From Candidatus Hydrogenedentota bacterium (GTDB lineage Bacteria; Hydrogenedentota; Hydrogenedentia; Hydrogenedentales; SLHB01), in the NCBI GenBank assembly GCA_029974275.1, contig JARKSN010000289.1:30928-94927 (forward strand): a stretch of 64,000 bases of DNA, read 5' to 3'. Positions 37,056-46,810 of this stretch are shown here, one piece after another (positions within the stretch are counted from its first letter, which is position 1; each line of letters starts with the position of its first letter). A program made the translations under genes and the position numbers. The notes beneath the pieces are model-generated. The model searched no databases. It worked only from the letters and a program-made list of their open reading frames with translations, and was not told the origin of the DNA.

Positions 37056-37765
37056 ATCAGCCCCTCCAAGCCCGGCGGCAGGGCGACGCCGAGCGGTTGC
37101 GTGCAGTAGAGGGCCTCGCCATATGCCGCGTTGATGCGCGAACCCCAATAGGCCGCGCGGGTCTGGATCGTTTGCCAGAAGGATTCGCTGGCGATGAAGG
37201 TCGAAGGACCTGTATACGCGGGATTGAAAAACTGCGAGGCATGCGCGCGAAGGGCTGCCTGTTTCACCTCGAAATGTGCAGAAATATCGACAATCAGCTG
37301 TGGCATCGCCGCTTCGAAGTAGGGGTGATAGAAATAGACCTGCGGCGTGCGATGGGGCTCTCTCGTGCCCTCGATGCGCGCCAAGCCGGAGAAAAAATTT
37401 GCGTCGCGCACGAGGTGATGCGCGGCTTCGTGATCGGGATGACGGTCCGGCGCCATTGGGGCGAACAGGACTCGTGGGCGAAACGATCGCAGATGCTCGA
37501 TGACAACGCGCTGCTGGTCGGGGGTGTTATGCAGACCTGCATCGGGCAACTGCGCATTCTCGCGCCGTGCGACACCCAGCACCGTTGCCGCTTCCGTCGC
37601 CTCCGCCAATCGTTCCTCGACGGTCCCGCGCGTGCCCATCTCGCCTTGGGTCAAATCGAGAATGCCTACGCACAGGCCTTGCTGGACCAGCTTGTGCAAG
37701 GTCCCGCCGATGCCGAGTTCCACGTCGTCGGGATGCGCCCCGACCGCCAAGACGTCGACTGTCAT
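37052..37765 (-). CDS. bshB1: Bacillithiol biosynthesis deacetylase
   Basis: AHPDDVELG, DLTQGEMGTRGT, DRHPDH, HASQF, YGEA; lies between bshC and bshA. Confidence 0.93.
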   Translation of the reverse strand: MTVDVLAVGAHPDDVELGIGGTLHKLVQQGLCVGILDLTQGEMGTRGTVEERLAEATEAATVLGVARRENAQLPDAGLHNTPDQQRVVIEHLRSFRPRVLFAPMAPDRHPDHEAAHHLVRDANFFSGLARIEGTREPHRTPQVYFYHPYFEAAMPQLIVDISAHFEVKQAALRAHASQFFNPAYTGPSTFIASESFWQTIQTRAAYWGSRINAAYGEALYCTQPLGVALPPGLEGLI

Positions 37766-39315
37766 AGCTCCACCTCGTTCATGTGAAACGACTCGATATC
37801 CAGCGTTTCGATGAGTCGCGGGACCAGTTCCCACCCGTATTCGAACAAAAACGATGCCACGCAATATGCCCGTTCCTGTGGCTTGCGTTCGGGGGCGAGC
37901 GCATTGCCAAGACGTTCGAGGCGCGCTCGAACCGTCGCGACGCGCGCCTTGTCTGTCGTCAACAAAGCACGCTCTAGGCGATCGAGGCGCGACAAGGCCG
38001 TCTGCCTGAACTTCTCGGCCAATTCGGCGGCGTGGCGGTCCGAGGATCCCATGTCCTGTGCGAAACCGCGCAAGGCTTCCTCGATGCGCTTCCGATGGGC
38101 GCGCATGCGACGGATCGCGTCGCTTTCCGCCGATGCGCGCAGCGCTTTTTCCATCAGGGCGTCCGGCGGCCCCATCAAGTCATGCAGGGAAACATGGCAT
38201 ATCTTGCGAAGGGCGCTTAGCTTTTCAGTGATGAGCAGCGCTTGTGCGCGCGGATAGACCGCCGGCATCGGCAATTCGGCAAAGGTGAAGACGGGCTTCA
38301 ACTGAGCCCAGTACGCGATTTCACCGGGGCCGCCGACGTATGCGACGACCGGAAAAAGATGCTGTTGAACGATCGGACGCCAAAGCGCGTTGGGGCTGAA
38401 GCATTCGGGCTCTGCTCGCAGAAACGCCGCCATGGCTTCTCGCGTGTGCGCTTTGGGGGGAGATCCAACGTGAAAACGGTTCTCGGCAAACACGACTTTT
38501 TGACGCTTCCCTTCGGTTTCGATGAAGAACGCGCACTCGTGGTCGTGTTTGCGCACTTGCGGCTCGTAGCCCAAGGCTTCGAGTTCGCGGGCCGCTTCGT
38601 TGGCGAGGCGCGCAACCGCCAACGGTTCTTGCAATGCGCGCTCCATGATGGGCGCGGCGGCCCTGCGGGCTTCGGGCAGATGCGCTGCAAAAAATACGAG
38701 GCCGCTTCCCTCGAAGAGGCGGGCCATGATGCGCGCGGTCCAATCGGCAAACGAGTCCGAGGCGTCGAGGCTTTCGTGTAAAAAGGCCGCGATTTCCTGG
38801 CGAAACTCGGAGCCTCGCGTCTCCGAAGCCGCCCGGTCGATGATCGCATGCAACGAAGATTCAACGGGCACGCGGTGCAGCGGCAGACCGCGGACATCCG
38901 TTTCGGGGGCGTACGTCAGCACGAGGGGCTGGCCGTTTTTGTTGAGCACGCGGGCCGTGCGGGCTTCCTCGAAATCGTGATCGTCGGTTGCGAGCCAAAA
39001 CACCGGGACGCACGGCATGTTCCGGAGAGCGGTCAGCTCTCGTGCAAGTCGTATCGCGGTAATCGCCTTGTATATCGTATAGAGCGGCCCCGTCAGAAGA
39101 CCGGGTTGCTGGCCTGTCGCGATGACCGCCTCGTCGCCGCGGAATGCGGACGAAGCTCCGATGCGTCCCTGATACTGCCGAATGGCCTGCGCGAGCGAGG
39201 GGGCCCACTCCCGCGCGGGAATGTTCCAGTCGTGGCGTTGCACCGAAGATTGGGCAAAAAACGACGTCAGGCGGGGCTTTTCCGTGAGATAATCGTGGAA
39301 GATGCCGTCGTTCAT
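37762..39315 (-). CDS. bshC: Bacillithiol biosynthesis cysteine-adding enzyme
   Basis: TGQQPGLLTGPLYTIYK, VPVFWLATDDHDFEE, FSPNALWRP, YVGGPGEIAYWAQL, PQER. Confidence 0.95.
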   Translation of the reverse strand: MNDGIFHDYLTEKPRLTSFFAQSSVQRHDWNIPAREWAPSLAQAIRQYQGRIGASSAFRGDEAVIATGQQPGLLTGPLYTIYKAITAIRLARELTALRNMPCVPVFWLATDDHDFEEARTARVLNKNGQPLVLTYAPETDVRGLPLHRVPVESSLHAIIDRAASETRGSEFRQEIAAFLHESLDASDSFADWTARIMARLFEGSGLVFFAAHLPEARRAAAPIMERALQEPLAVARLANEAARELEALGYEPQVRKHDHECAFFIETEGKRQKVVFAENRFHVGSPPKAHTREAMAAFLRAEPECFSPNALWRPIVQQHLFPVVAYVGGPGEIAYWAQLKPVFTFAELPMPAVYPRAQALLITEKLSALRKICHVSLHDLMGPPDALMEKALRASAESDAIRRMRAHRKRIEEALRGFAQDMGSSDRHAAELAEKFRQTALSRLDRLERALLTTDKARVATVRARLERLGNALAPERKPQERAYCVASFLFEYGWELVPRLIETLDIESFHMNEVEL

Positions 39316-40061
39316 ACTTTCGCTCCGACGGCGATCATGCGCGCGTGTTCCCGGGCGAGTGGCTCGCCGTGGAATCCGCCGAAAAAGGAGACCGTCGCAA
39401 GTCCGGCCGTGCGCAGCAGGGATTCGAACTCCTGGGGCGCGTAGAGGCGAACGGATTCGCGGTGTTCGCGGATGCAGACGCCCTGCTGGAAGATGGCCGC
39501 TTTTTTGTTGAGTCGTCGGGAGTTCCGGTCAATCCACCGTTCCTCGCGAATTTCGTGCGATTCCAGCCAACGCACGGTGCGAGGCGCGAGGTTTTCCTCA
39601 ATGTGCTGTGCGTTCACGTGGTCGATGAAGAAACGTCCGCCGGTCTTGAGCGATCGGGCTATCTCCGTCAGGACCCGCGCGTTTTCGGCGTCTTCAAGGA
39701 AATAGCCGAAACTGGTGAAAAAACTCGTGACGGCATCGAAGGCGTTGACAAAGGGGATGGCCCGCATGTCGGCGCGGACCAGCCGGGAGGCCGGCAGCGT
39801 TGCTCGGGCCTCGTCGAGCAGGTAGCGCGAATAGTCCAGCCCGAACGTTGCACCGGCGCAGTTCATCAAATGCATGAGGTGACGTCCGCCCCCGCAGCAC
39901 ACGTCCAACAAGAAGTCCGATCGCTTGAGCTGCAATTGCGCCGCGGCGAACCGCGCTTCTTGCTCGGCCTGGGCGACGGACCGATGAGCGTATAGAATGG
40001 GGTACAGGTCGCCGAATGCGTCCTTGAACCAGTTCGCGTGATGCATCGTGTCGTGTTGCAT
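39312..40061 (-). CDS. Class I SAM-dependent methyltransferase (candidate NmbA-like bacillithiol N-methyltransferase)
   Basis: LDVCCGGGRH, GLDYS, ADMR, FTSFGYF, ESVRLY. Its stop overlaps the bshC start (ATGA); start 40061 or 40046. Confidence 0.85.
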   Translation of the reverse strand: MQHDTMHHANWFKDAFGDLYPILYAHRSVAQAEQEARFAAAQLQLKRSDFLLDVCCGGGRHLMHLMNCAGATFGLDYSRYLLDEARATLPASRLVRADMRAIPFVNAFDAVTSFFTSFGYFLEDAENARVLTEIARSLKTGGRFFIDHVNAQHIEENLAPRTVRWLESHEIREERWIDRNSRRLNKKAAIFQQGVCIREHRESVRLYAPQEFESLLRTAGLATVSFFGGFHGEPLAREHARMIAVGAKV

Positions 40062-40267
40062 GAGGCATCCATTATACGGCGGTCGAAAAAAATCATGCCA
40101 ATCGCCGGAACAAGCCCTTTTCAGCGGCTGCATATTTCAAGACCGCCGAATTGCATCCATAGGCATTGTCGTTGCGCCGTCCGGCCCGTGAGTGGCGCTC
40201 TGGCCCAGACGGGCGTCCGATCAGGGCATGGCGTTTCTTGGAACTCAAAGGCTTTGGCGGATCGCGA

Positions 40268-40927
40268 CTATCGTCCTGCGGCGGTTCCGACCAAGAGGTT
40301 CATCAACAGCGTCATTGGCGGCCGCAACACATACGGCGCCATGAGAATGATGAGAATCATGCTGTAGGGGGTCACGGCATCGAGATAGCGCTGGGCCGAT
40401 CGCGGCAGGAAGTATTCCAGCACGTGGTGGCCGTCCAGCGGGGGAAGCGGAATGAGGTTGAACACCGCCAGAGCGACGTTTACAACGATAAGGGAAAGGA
40501 TGATGCGCACAAAAATGTACAAGGCCTGGCTGTCAGCCTCCGTTCCTCCCAGTGTGAGGACGAGAACGTGGAGGGATAGGGCGGCCACGATCGCCGTGAG
40601 CAGATTCGAGGCGGGTCCGGCAAGGGCGATGAGCACAGGGTCGCGCCGCATGTTGCGGAGGTTGCGCGGATTGAAGGGAACCGGTTTTGCCCATCCCACC
40701 AGAAACCCCGCTCCCGGCAGGAGCATCATGGCGAGCGGCATGACCACGGTGCCGATGGGGTCTATGTGAGGCAACGGGTTAAGGGTGACCCTGCCCAGCA
40801 AGCGGGCGGAAGGATCGCCGCACCAGTTGGCGACGGCTCCGTGCGCTGCTTCGTGAATGCAAAGGGAGAGGAGCAGACACGGATATTGCAGGAGAACAAC
40901 GAACAAAAGGTCCTGAAAATTCGGCAT
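40268..40927 (-). CDS. Site-2 protease (peptidase M50)
   Basis: HEAAH, GWAKPVP, AGPASN, FNLIPLPPLDG. Confidence 0.93.
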   Translation of the reverse strand: MPNFQDLLFVVLLQYPCLLLSLCIHEAAHGAVANWCGDPSARLLGRVTLNPLPHIDPIGTVVMPLAMMLLPGAGFLVGWAKPVPFNPRNLRNMRRDPVLIALAGPASNLLTAIVAALSLHVLVLTLGGTEADSQALYIFVRIILSLIVVNVALAVFNLIPLPPLDGHHVLEYFLPRSAQRYLDAVTPYSMILIILMAPYVLRPPMTLLMNLLVGTAAGR

Positions 40928-41095
40928 CGTCCAATATTCCCATTTGCCAGCGGCCCATCAATCGCTTCATCAAGCCGAGACGGAAGTATAGCGTAACGCC
41001 GGATCGGGTTCAAAGAAAAAGCGCCGTATCGACGCGCCTGACAATGCGGCGCGGCAACGCGGGGGGGGCGTCTTAAAACATACGCGCGAAAGGGT

Positions 41096-41124
41096 TTGCA
41101 AGCGAATGGCAGACTTCGTATAAT
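41096..41124 (+). promoter_or_regulatory. Strong sigma70-type promoter for the HU/IHF gene
   Basis: TTGCAA-N17-TATAAT. Confidence 0.7.
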
Positions 41125-41271
41125 GTTCTTGTTCTGGTTAGGCAATTGGCCGTGTAGGCATGTGTGCTGAGAGGGCGCGAAAGGGGAGCCAGGCAGGGGC
41201 CTGTCCCGCCGATCGCCGCGATGGGCTTGCGGGTCCAACGCCAATGGCGCAGGAGGGTTACCGACGTGACA

Positions 41272-41646
41272 ATGACGAAACGTGAATTGGTCATCCACGT
41301 AGCCAACGAGTTGGGCATGACCCAGAGCGATGTGGCGAAAATCATCGAAGGAACCTTTGACGCCTTGTCGAAGAGTCTGGCCGAGGGAAAACGTTGGGAA
41401 TTGCGAGACTTCGGAGTGTTCGAGGTGAAATCGCGCGCTTCCCGAATCGGCCGGAATCCTCGCACGGGAGACCAGGTCCCTGTGCCGGAACGTCGCGTCG
41501 TCACGTTTCGCCCCGGTAAAAAAATGAAGGAAATGATTGCCGCAGGCAACAGTGCGGCGTTGGATAGTGTCGAACGCCAGCATGACGCCGCCGACGGGAA
41601 GGTCCTTTCGAACGGTTCGGCTGATTCCTGCGACCCCAGTTTCTAG
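41272..41646 (+). CDS. HU/IHF family DNA-binding protein with a C-terminal extension
   Basis: MTKRELV, ELRDFGVF, GRNPRTG, VTFRPGK; AGGAGG upstream. Confidence 0.93.
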   Translation: MTKRELVIHVANELGMTQSDVAKIIEGTFDALSKSLAEGKRWELRDFGVFEVKSRASRIGRNPRTGDQVPVPERRVVTFRPGKKMKEMIAAGNSAALDSVERQHDAADGKVLSNGSADSCDPSF

Positions 41647-41879
41647 CGGCCCGTTGCTGCAATCTTGTGCCGCCGAGCGAGGATGATTGGCCCGGGATCG
41701 CGGCGTGGAACCGCAAGGAAAGCGGCCCTTTTTACGAGATTCCGCAACGCGGCTTCCGGAAATAGTCCCACGCGCAGGCTACACTACGCCGTGTTCCGGC
41801 GACGTTCCAAGGGGTTGAAAAACAGGCGTTTGCCGGGGCATGGCGAAGTCGCGGCGAAGAGGCGGAGTGTAGAGGCCCC

Positions 41880-42584
41880 ATGAAAATCCTGGCCCTTGAT
41901 GCGACGACGGCGATTCTCACGGTGTGCGTGTGGGATGATGGCGCGGTCATGGCCGAGACGGTCGTGAACTGCGGGCGCACACATACCGAGCGTCTCATGG
42001 ACACAGTGGATTGGGTTCTGCGCGAAGCCGGCGCCGATGTGGGCGGGCTGGATATGTTGGCCGTGGCCAAGGGGCCGGGGTCGTTCACGGGGTTGCGCGT
42101 GGGCGTGGCCGCGATGAAGGGCTTGGCCCTCGGGGCGGGGTTGCCGCTGGTGGGCGTTCCCACCTTGGATGCCCTGTCCCGGCTTCCGGGACGGTGTGAT
42201 GGGACGTTGTGCCCAGTCCTGGACGCCAAGATGAGCGAAGTGTTTGGGGCCGTGTATCGTTTTCGCGATGGCAAGCGGACACGGCTTTCGGGCGACCGGG
42301 TTTGTCCTGTCGAATCGTTGATCGAGGGGTTGGAAGGTCCCGTTTTGTTTTTCGGCGATGGCGCCGCGCTGTATGCCGATCGCATTCGCGCGGTCTTGCC
42401 GGAGGCGGTGTTTCTGCCGTCCGCGGCGACGGTTTCGAGGGCGTGGGCGGTTGCCGAGGAGGCCGCCGTTTTGTTGGCGGCGGGCGCGGGTTCGAATCCG
42501 GATGACGTGACGCCCGTCTATTTGCGGATGTCTCAGGCCGAAGAGCATCGCGATCGCGGGATGCGCGAAGGGGTCCCCGCATGA
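41880..42584 (+). CDS. tsaB: tRNA threonylcarbamoyladenosine biosynthesis protein TsaB
   Basis: MKILALDAT, HTERL, GPGSFTGLRVG, LDAKMSEV, PVYLR. Confidence 0.95.
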   Translation: MKILALDATTAILTVCVWDDGAVMAETVVNCGRTHTERLMDTVDWVLREAGADVGGLDMLAVAKGPGSFTGLRVGVAAMKGLALGAGLPLVGVPTLDALSRLPGRCDGTLCPVLDAKMSEVFGAVYRFRDGKRTRLSGDRVCPVESLIEGLEGPVLFFGDGAALYADRIRAVLPEAVFLPSAATVSRAWAVAEEAAVLLAAGAGSNPDDVTPVYLRMSQAEEHRDRGMREGVPA

Positions 42585-43060
42585 CGTTGGCGCCCGAAGC
42601 CGCGGCGCGCTTCGTGCGTTTGGCGGAGGAGCATTTGCCGGAGGTCGTGCGGATCGAACAGGAAGCCTACCCGGAACCCTGGACGGTCGGGATGTTCCGG
42701 CAGGAAATCGAGAGCAACCTTTCTCATTTTTTTGTGATGAACCTGGGAGACGAACTCGTGGGGTATGGCGGGTTTTGGCTTGTGCTGGACGAGGCCCATA
42801 TCACGAGCGTCACGGTCAAGAACTCGCAGCGGCGCAAGGGGTTGGGCCGTGCGTTGATGACGTTTTTACTCGACAAGGCCCGCGAGGCGGAGGCGCGCAT
42901 CGCCACCCTGGAAGTCCGCGTTTCAAATGTTCGGGCGCGCAGCCTGTACGAGAGCCTGGGATTCCAGAGCGTCGGTCTTCGTAAAGGGTATTATCCGAAG
43001 ACGAACGAGGACGCGGTCGTAATGCTCAAGGAACTGGGCATCAGCGCTTCTTGCGGGTGA
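42581..43060 (+). CDS. rimI: Ribosomal-protein-alanine N-acetyltransferase
   Basis: EAHIT, RRKGLG, LEVRVSN, RKGYY, EDAVVM; ATGA-coupled to tsaB. Confidence 0.93.
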   Translation: MTLAPEAAARFVRLAEEHLPEVVRIEQEAYPEPWTVGMFRQEIESNLSHFFVMNLGDELVGYGGFWLVLDEAHITSVTVKNSQRRKGLGRALMTFLLDKAREAEARIATLEVRVSNVRARSLYESLGFQSVGLRKGYYPKTNEDAVVMLKELGISASCG

Positions 43061-43075
43061 GGAACACTATCGCGG

Positions 43076-45691
43076 ATGAAGGAAGCCCTCGCGCAAAGCT
43101 GGAATGAGCTTGCTGCTCGCCCGTTCGTCTCCGGAACGCCGATTGGAGGAATCGGGGCAGGGTGCATCGAATTCGGTCCGGATGGATATTTTCGCAACAT
43201 CACCATCAACAACAATCGGACCGCCGCCACGCGCATTCCTGTGTGGGACCGTTCCTTTTTGGCTGTGCGCGCTTCGGGCAGTGCGGGGGGGGCGTGCAGG
43301 ATTTTGCAGCCAGGGGCGTCGTTGCCGTTTGCGGCGGCGAATGTGCAGCCGGTCTTCACTCCGGAAGGTTCGCTTTCCTGGGAGGGAGCGTATCCCTGCG
43401 CGCATTACCGCGTTGCGCCGTCGGATTTTCCGGTCGAGTTGGCCTGGACCGTCATGTCCCCCATAGTTCCCTACGATATCGAGGCGTCTTCGCTTCCGTT
43501 GATTTTTTTTACGCTTGAAGCCCGAAACGCCGGCAGCGAGCCGGTCACCTTTTCGGCGATGTTCAATTGGGAAAACATGTGGGGATGCACGCAATCCACG
43601 CATCCCGATATCCGAGGGGCGATACGGCCCCGATTGTCTTCCGAAGGCGACGTCTCGGGCAAGGCGATCGAGGGACAAGAGGGCTCGGAGGCGCTTCCCC
43701 TTCTATTGGGGCTTGAATTCGGATCGGTTGGCGCTTGCCAAGACAATGCCCATGGTCATTATGCGTTGAGTTTGAAACAGGAGGATGCCGTCGAGACGTC
43801 GGTCATGGCATGGCGCCAGAATAGTCCCGAGGAACTACGGGTATTTTGGCAGGCGTTTGCAGAAACCGGGAAGCTGCCCAATCTCATTTCTCAAAGCAGG
43901 GAGAGCCATTGCGGGGCGGTGTGCGGAACGACGGAACTCTCTCCGGGCAGGAAGCATTCGTTCGTGTTTCTGTTGGCGTGGCATTGCCCCCGTTTCGAGG
44001 TGGATGGCGTTGACGAGGGCAACGAATATGCAAACCGTTTCGCCAATGCCCTCGACGTCACCGCTTTTGGTTTCAAGCATTACCGCTACTTCGTCGACGC
44101 CGTCGAGGATTTTCGCTCTCGTTTGACGTCGTCTTCTTTGCCTTCCTGGTTGACGCGGATGTTGTTGAACGGGAACTCGGTTTTTTCGACCAATACGATC
44201 TATACGCGCGACAAGCGTTTTGCCATGTTCGAATCGCCGGCATCGCCACGGACGGGATCGATCGGGATGCGTTTGTACAGTTCCTTGGCCACGACCCTGT
44301 TTTTTCCAGACCTGGAACGACGAGAACTGGAACGGTTATGTCAAACAACCGATTCCGTGATAGCGGGACGCGTGTATGGTTTTCTGGGGGAGGGCGGCGT
44401 GAGTTATCCCCGGTACGATGCAGGCGATCGCGAGTTGCAAGAGGCCAATGCGTCGTTCCTGCTGATGGCGTGCCGGGATTTCTTCATGACGGGGCGGAGC
44501 GCGACGCTCGACATGCTATATCCGAAAATCCAGGAGGCGATCCAATACGTTGTCGCGCGAGACCTCGATCAAGACGGCTTGCCCGAGTTCGAGAACGCCG
44601 AAACTCTTTTTGGGGAGTGCTCTGATGTGAGCGGCGGCAGTTATGCGGCGGGTCTGTGGGTGGCTGCATTGATGGCCGTGGCGCGTCTGGCCCAGCACCT
44701 CAAGAAACGGGAGGATGCGCGCGCGTATGCCGCATTGCTGCAGAAAGCCCGCCATGCCTTTGATGCGAAATTTTGGAACGCGCAGGACGGTTTTTACGCG
44801 GACCGTCGCACGGATGACGCGGAAGGCGCCGCCTCCGGTTCTGTGTGCCGTGCGGCGCAGTTAGCGGGACAATGGTACGCCGATTTTCTCGGGATCGGCG
44901 GCTTGTTTCCGGCGGATCGTGTGGGGCGCGCCCTCGAATCGATGCGGCGGCTCAACGAGAAGCGGAGCGGCGTGGCCAACGCGGTTGACGCCAATGGCGG
45001 TCCCGCAGCGCTCGTCGAGGCTTCCGGCGAGTCATGGCCGTATATTTCCTTGGCGCATTATGCTTGCCTGAACATTTCGCGCGGGAACGTGGACGAGGGG
45101 ATAGGCTCCGTTCAGAAGGTCCATAAAAACATCATCGTAAAGAGCGGACGGGAATTCGACCGTCCCTTGCGGTGGAACCTGGAGGCGAATGCCCCCGTTG
45201 CGCCCGATGACGAACGTCATATGGGCGCTGCGTCGATTTGGCACGTGTTGTTTGCCATGCAGGGCTTCTTTCTGAACGTGCCCGAACAGACTCTGTATCT
45301 TTGTCCCAATTTGCCCAAGTGGGTCAATTCCCTCAACGTTCCTCTGGTGACGCCTATCTGTTGGGGACGTTTGTATTTCTATGAAAACACGGACCCTGAC
45401 TACATGCAGTACGTGCGGTTGTCGTTCGACGGTCTGATTCACGTCAAGAACGTTGTGCTGCGCGTTCCGCGGCGCATGCGACAGGCGGTTGTGCAGTGCG
45501 TGAGTCCCGCCGGCGCCGAGCGCGCGACGCATCGTCTCTGGCGGAACGGAGACGATGTTCATATCACCCTTGGGTTTGACGCCCCCATTCTTATCGGAGA
45601 CAAAACCACCATCGTTGTGAAGGAAGGCGGCCAATCGCCCCCAGGGGCTTTGTCCCCGGACGGAGCCGGCGCCGCTGTAGGGGAGCCGTGA
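43076..45691 (+). CDS. GH116 (GBA2-type glucosylceramidase) family protein, apparently degenerate
   Basis: GTPIGGIGAG, SPIVPYD..SSLP, DLDQDGLPE, GLWVAAL, QLAGQWYA; the TYD and YMR motifs are missing. Confidence 0.8.
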   Translation: MKEALAQSWNELAARPFVSGTPIGGIGAGCIEFGPDGYFRNITINNNRTAATRIPVWDRSFLAVRASGSAGGACRILQPGASLPFAAANVQPVFTPEGSLSWEGAYPCAHYRVAPSDFPVELAWTVMSPIVPYDIEASSLPLIFFTLEARNAGSEPVTFSAMFNWENMWGCTQSTHPDIRGAIRPRLSSEGDVSGKAIEGQEGSEALPLLLGLEFGSVGACQDNAHGHYALSLKQEDAVETSVMAWRQNSPEELRVFWQAFAETGKLPNLISQSRESHCGAVCGTTELSPGRKHSFVFLLAWHCPRFEVDGVDEGNEYANRFANALDVTAFGFKHYRYFVDAVEDFRSRLTSSSLPSWLTRMLLNGNSVFSTNTIYTRDKRFAMFESPASPRTGSIGMRLYSSLATTLFFPDLERRELERLCQTTDSVIAGRVYGFLGEGGVSYPRYDAGDRELQEANASFLLMACRDFFMTGRSATLDMLYPKIQEAIQYVVARDLDQDGLPEFENAETLFGECSDVSGGSYAAGLWVAALMAVARLAQHLKKREDARAYAALLQKARHAFDAKFWNAQDGFYADRRTDDAEGAASGSVCRAAQLAGQWYADFLGIGGLFPADRVGRALESMRRLNEKRSGVANAVDANGGPAALVEASGESWPYISLAHYACLNISRGNVDEGIGSVQKVHKNIIVKSGREFDRPLRWNLEANAPVAPDDERHMGAASIWHVLFAMQGFFLNVPEQTLYLCPNLPKWVNSLNVPLVTPICWGRLYFYENTDPDYMQYVRLSFDGLIHVKNVVLRVPRRMRQAVVQCVSPAGAERATHRLWRNGDDVHITLGFDAPILIGDKTTIVVKEGGQSPPGALSPDGAGAAVGEP

Positions 45692-46302
45692 GAAGCATGC
45701 GCATGTACGGAATAACCGGGGGGGCGGGAAGCGGCAAAACCGAAGCAGCCAAACGGTTTGCCGCGCTGGGCTTTTCCGTGTTCGATGCGGACGCCCTGGG
45801 GCACGAGATCATCGAGCCGGGGGGGGCGGCGGAGTCTGCCGTTCTGGAGGCGTTTGGCGATGCCATTTTGACCGACGGAGGCATAGATCGGACGAAGTTG
45901 GGGGCATTGGTTTTTCAGGATTCCGCGGCCCGGGCGCGGCTCAATGCGATCATGCATCCGCTCATTCATGACGAGGTGTTTCGGAGAGCAGCGCTTCTGA
46001 AGGGAGACCGCGGGGAGGCTCCTGTTATTGTCGACGCCGCCTTGCTGGCGGAGAACGGCCGCAAGGAACCGTGGCTGGCCGGTCTTGTTCTCGTGTTATG
46101 TTCGCGCGAGGAGCGTCTCCGGCGTTTGGTGACGCGCCGGGGCTTGACACCCGTTCAGGCCAACCAGCGGATGGACGCCCAGAGTCCTCCAGAAAAAAAG
46201 CTTGCGTTGGCGGATTATGTGATCCACAATGAGGGGAGTGTGGAGGCGCTTTGGGACCAGGTGGATGCCATAGCGAAGGCGGTGCGGAATGAAGGAAAGT
46301 GA
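45688..46302 (+). CDS. coaE: Dephospho-CoA kinase
   Basis: GITGGAGSGKT, DAD, IDRTKLG, LNAIMHP, ADYVIHN; start may be 45697 or 45703. Confidence 0.95.
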   Translation: MRSMRMYGITGGAGSGKTEAAKRFAALGFSVFDADALGHEIIEPGGAAESAVLEAFGDAILTDGGIDRTKLGALVFQDSAARARLNAIMHPLIHDEVFRRAALLKGDRGEAPVIVDAALLAENGRKEPWLAGLVLVLCSREERLRRLVTRRGLTPVQANQRMDAQSPPEKKLALADYVIHNEGSVEALWDQVDAIAKAVRNEGK

Positions 46303-46684
46303 GCCGGTCAGGTGTCCGGAATGCGGCTTATTTTACAAGCCGGAGGCGGGCCGCGGCATGTGCGCGGGGTGTTCTGCGTTGTTTGCCCATCAAACCGTTT
46401 TGATCGGGCATGCCATGGCGCGCATGAATCTGTGCACGCCGGAAGCCATCGCCTCGTTTCTATGCATTCCTGTGCGCCGCGTACGCCGCATTATGGAGAC
46501 GGGGCCGTTTTTTCCCGCTAGCATACAGACAGGCAGACATTGTCTGCGCTGCGGAGCGGAAGTCGCCCTTGACGCAAAGGCCTACTGCGTGGCCTGTCTT
46601 CTCGAACTGGCCCATCTAGACGATGCGCTGAGCGTTGCCCCGGAAGTTCTCTCGCCGCATACTCCCTGCCCCCCCCTGCCGTGA
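46289..46684 (+). CDS. Cys-rich protein with CxxC pairs flanking an HTH-like segment (YvyF-like architecture)
   Basis: CPECG..MCAGC, TPEAIASFLCIPVRRVRRIM, CLRCG..YCVAC. Confidence 0.55.
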   Translation: MKESEPVRCPECGLFYKPEAGRGMCAGCSALFAHQTVLIGHAMARMNLCTPEAIASFLCIPVRRVRRIMETGPFFPASIQTGRHCLRCGAEVALDAKAYCVACLLELAHLDDALSVAPEVLSPHTPCPPLP

Positions 46685-46810
46685 CGCGCGCGAATGCGGC
46701 GAACGGCTCGCTCGCGGTTCGGATTTGTGCTATAGTCTGACGCCCACGCCGGAAAACCCCGGAAAACCCTTCGGCGAATCCGTGTCCGGGCGGGATATCC
46801 AGGAGATCGG

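Noticed and set aside
41125..41271. GCTGAGAG in the HU leader suggesting a TPP riboswitch
   Set aside because: No CCTGAT/GCGNAGG 3' half, and the downstream gene is unrelated to thiamine.
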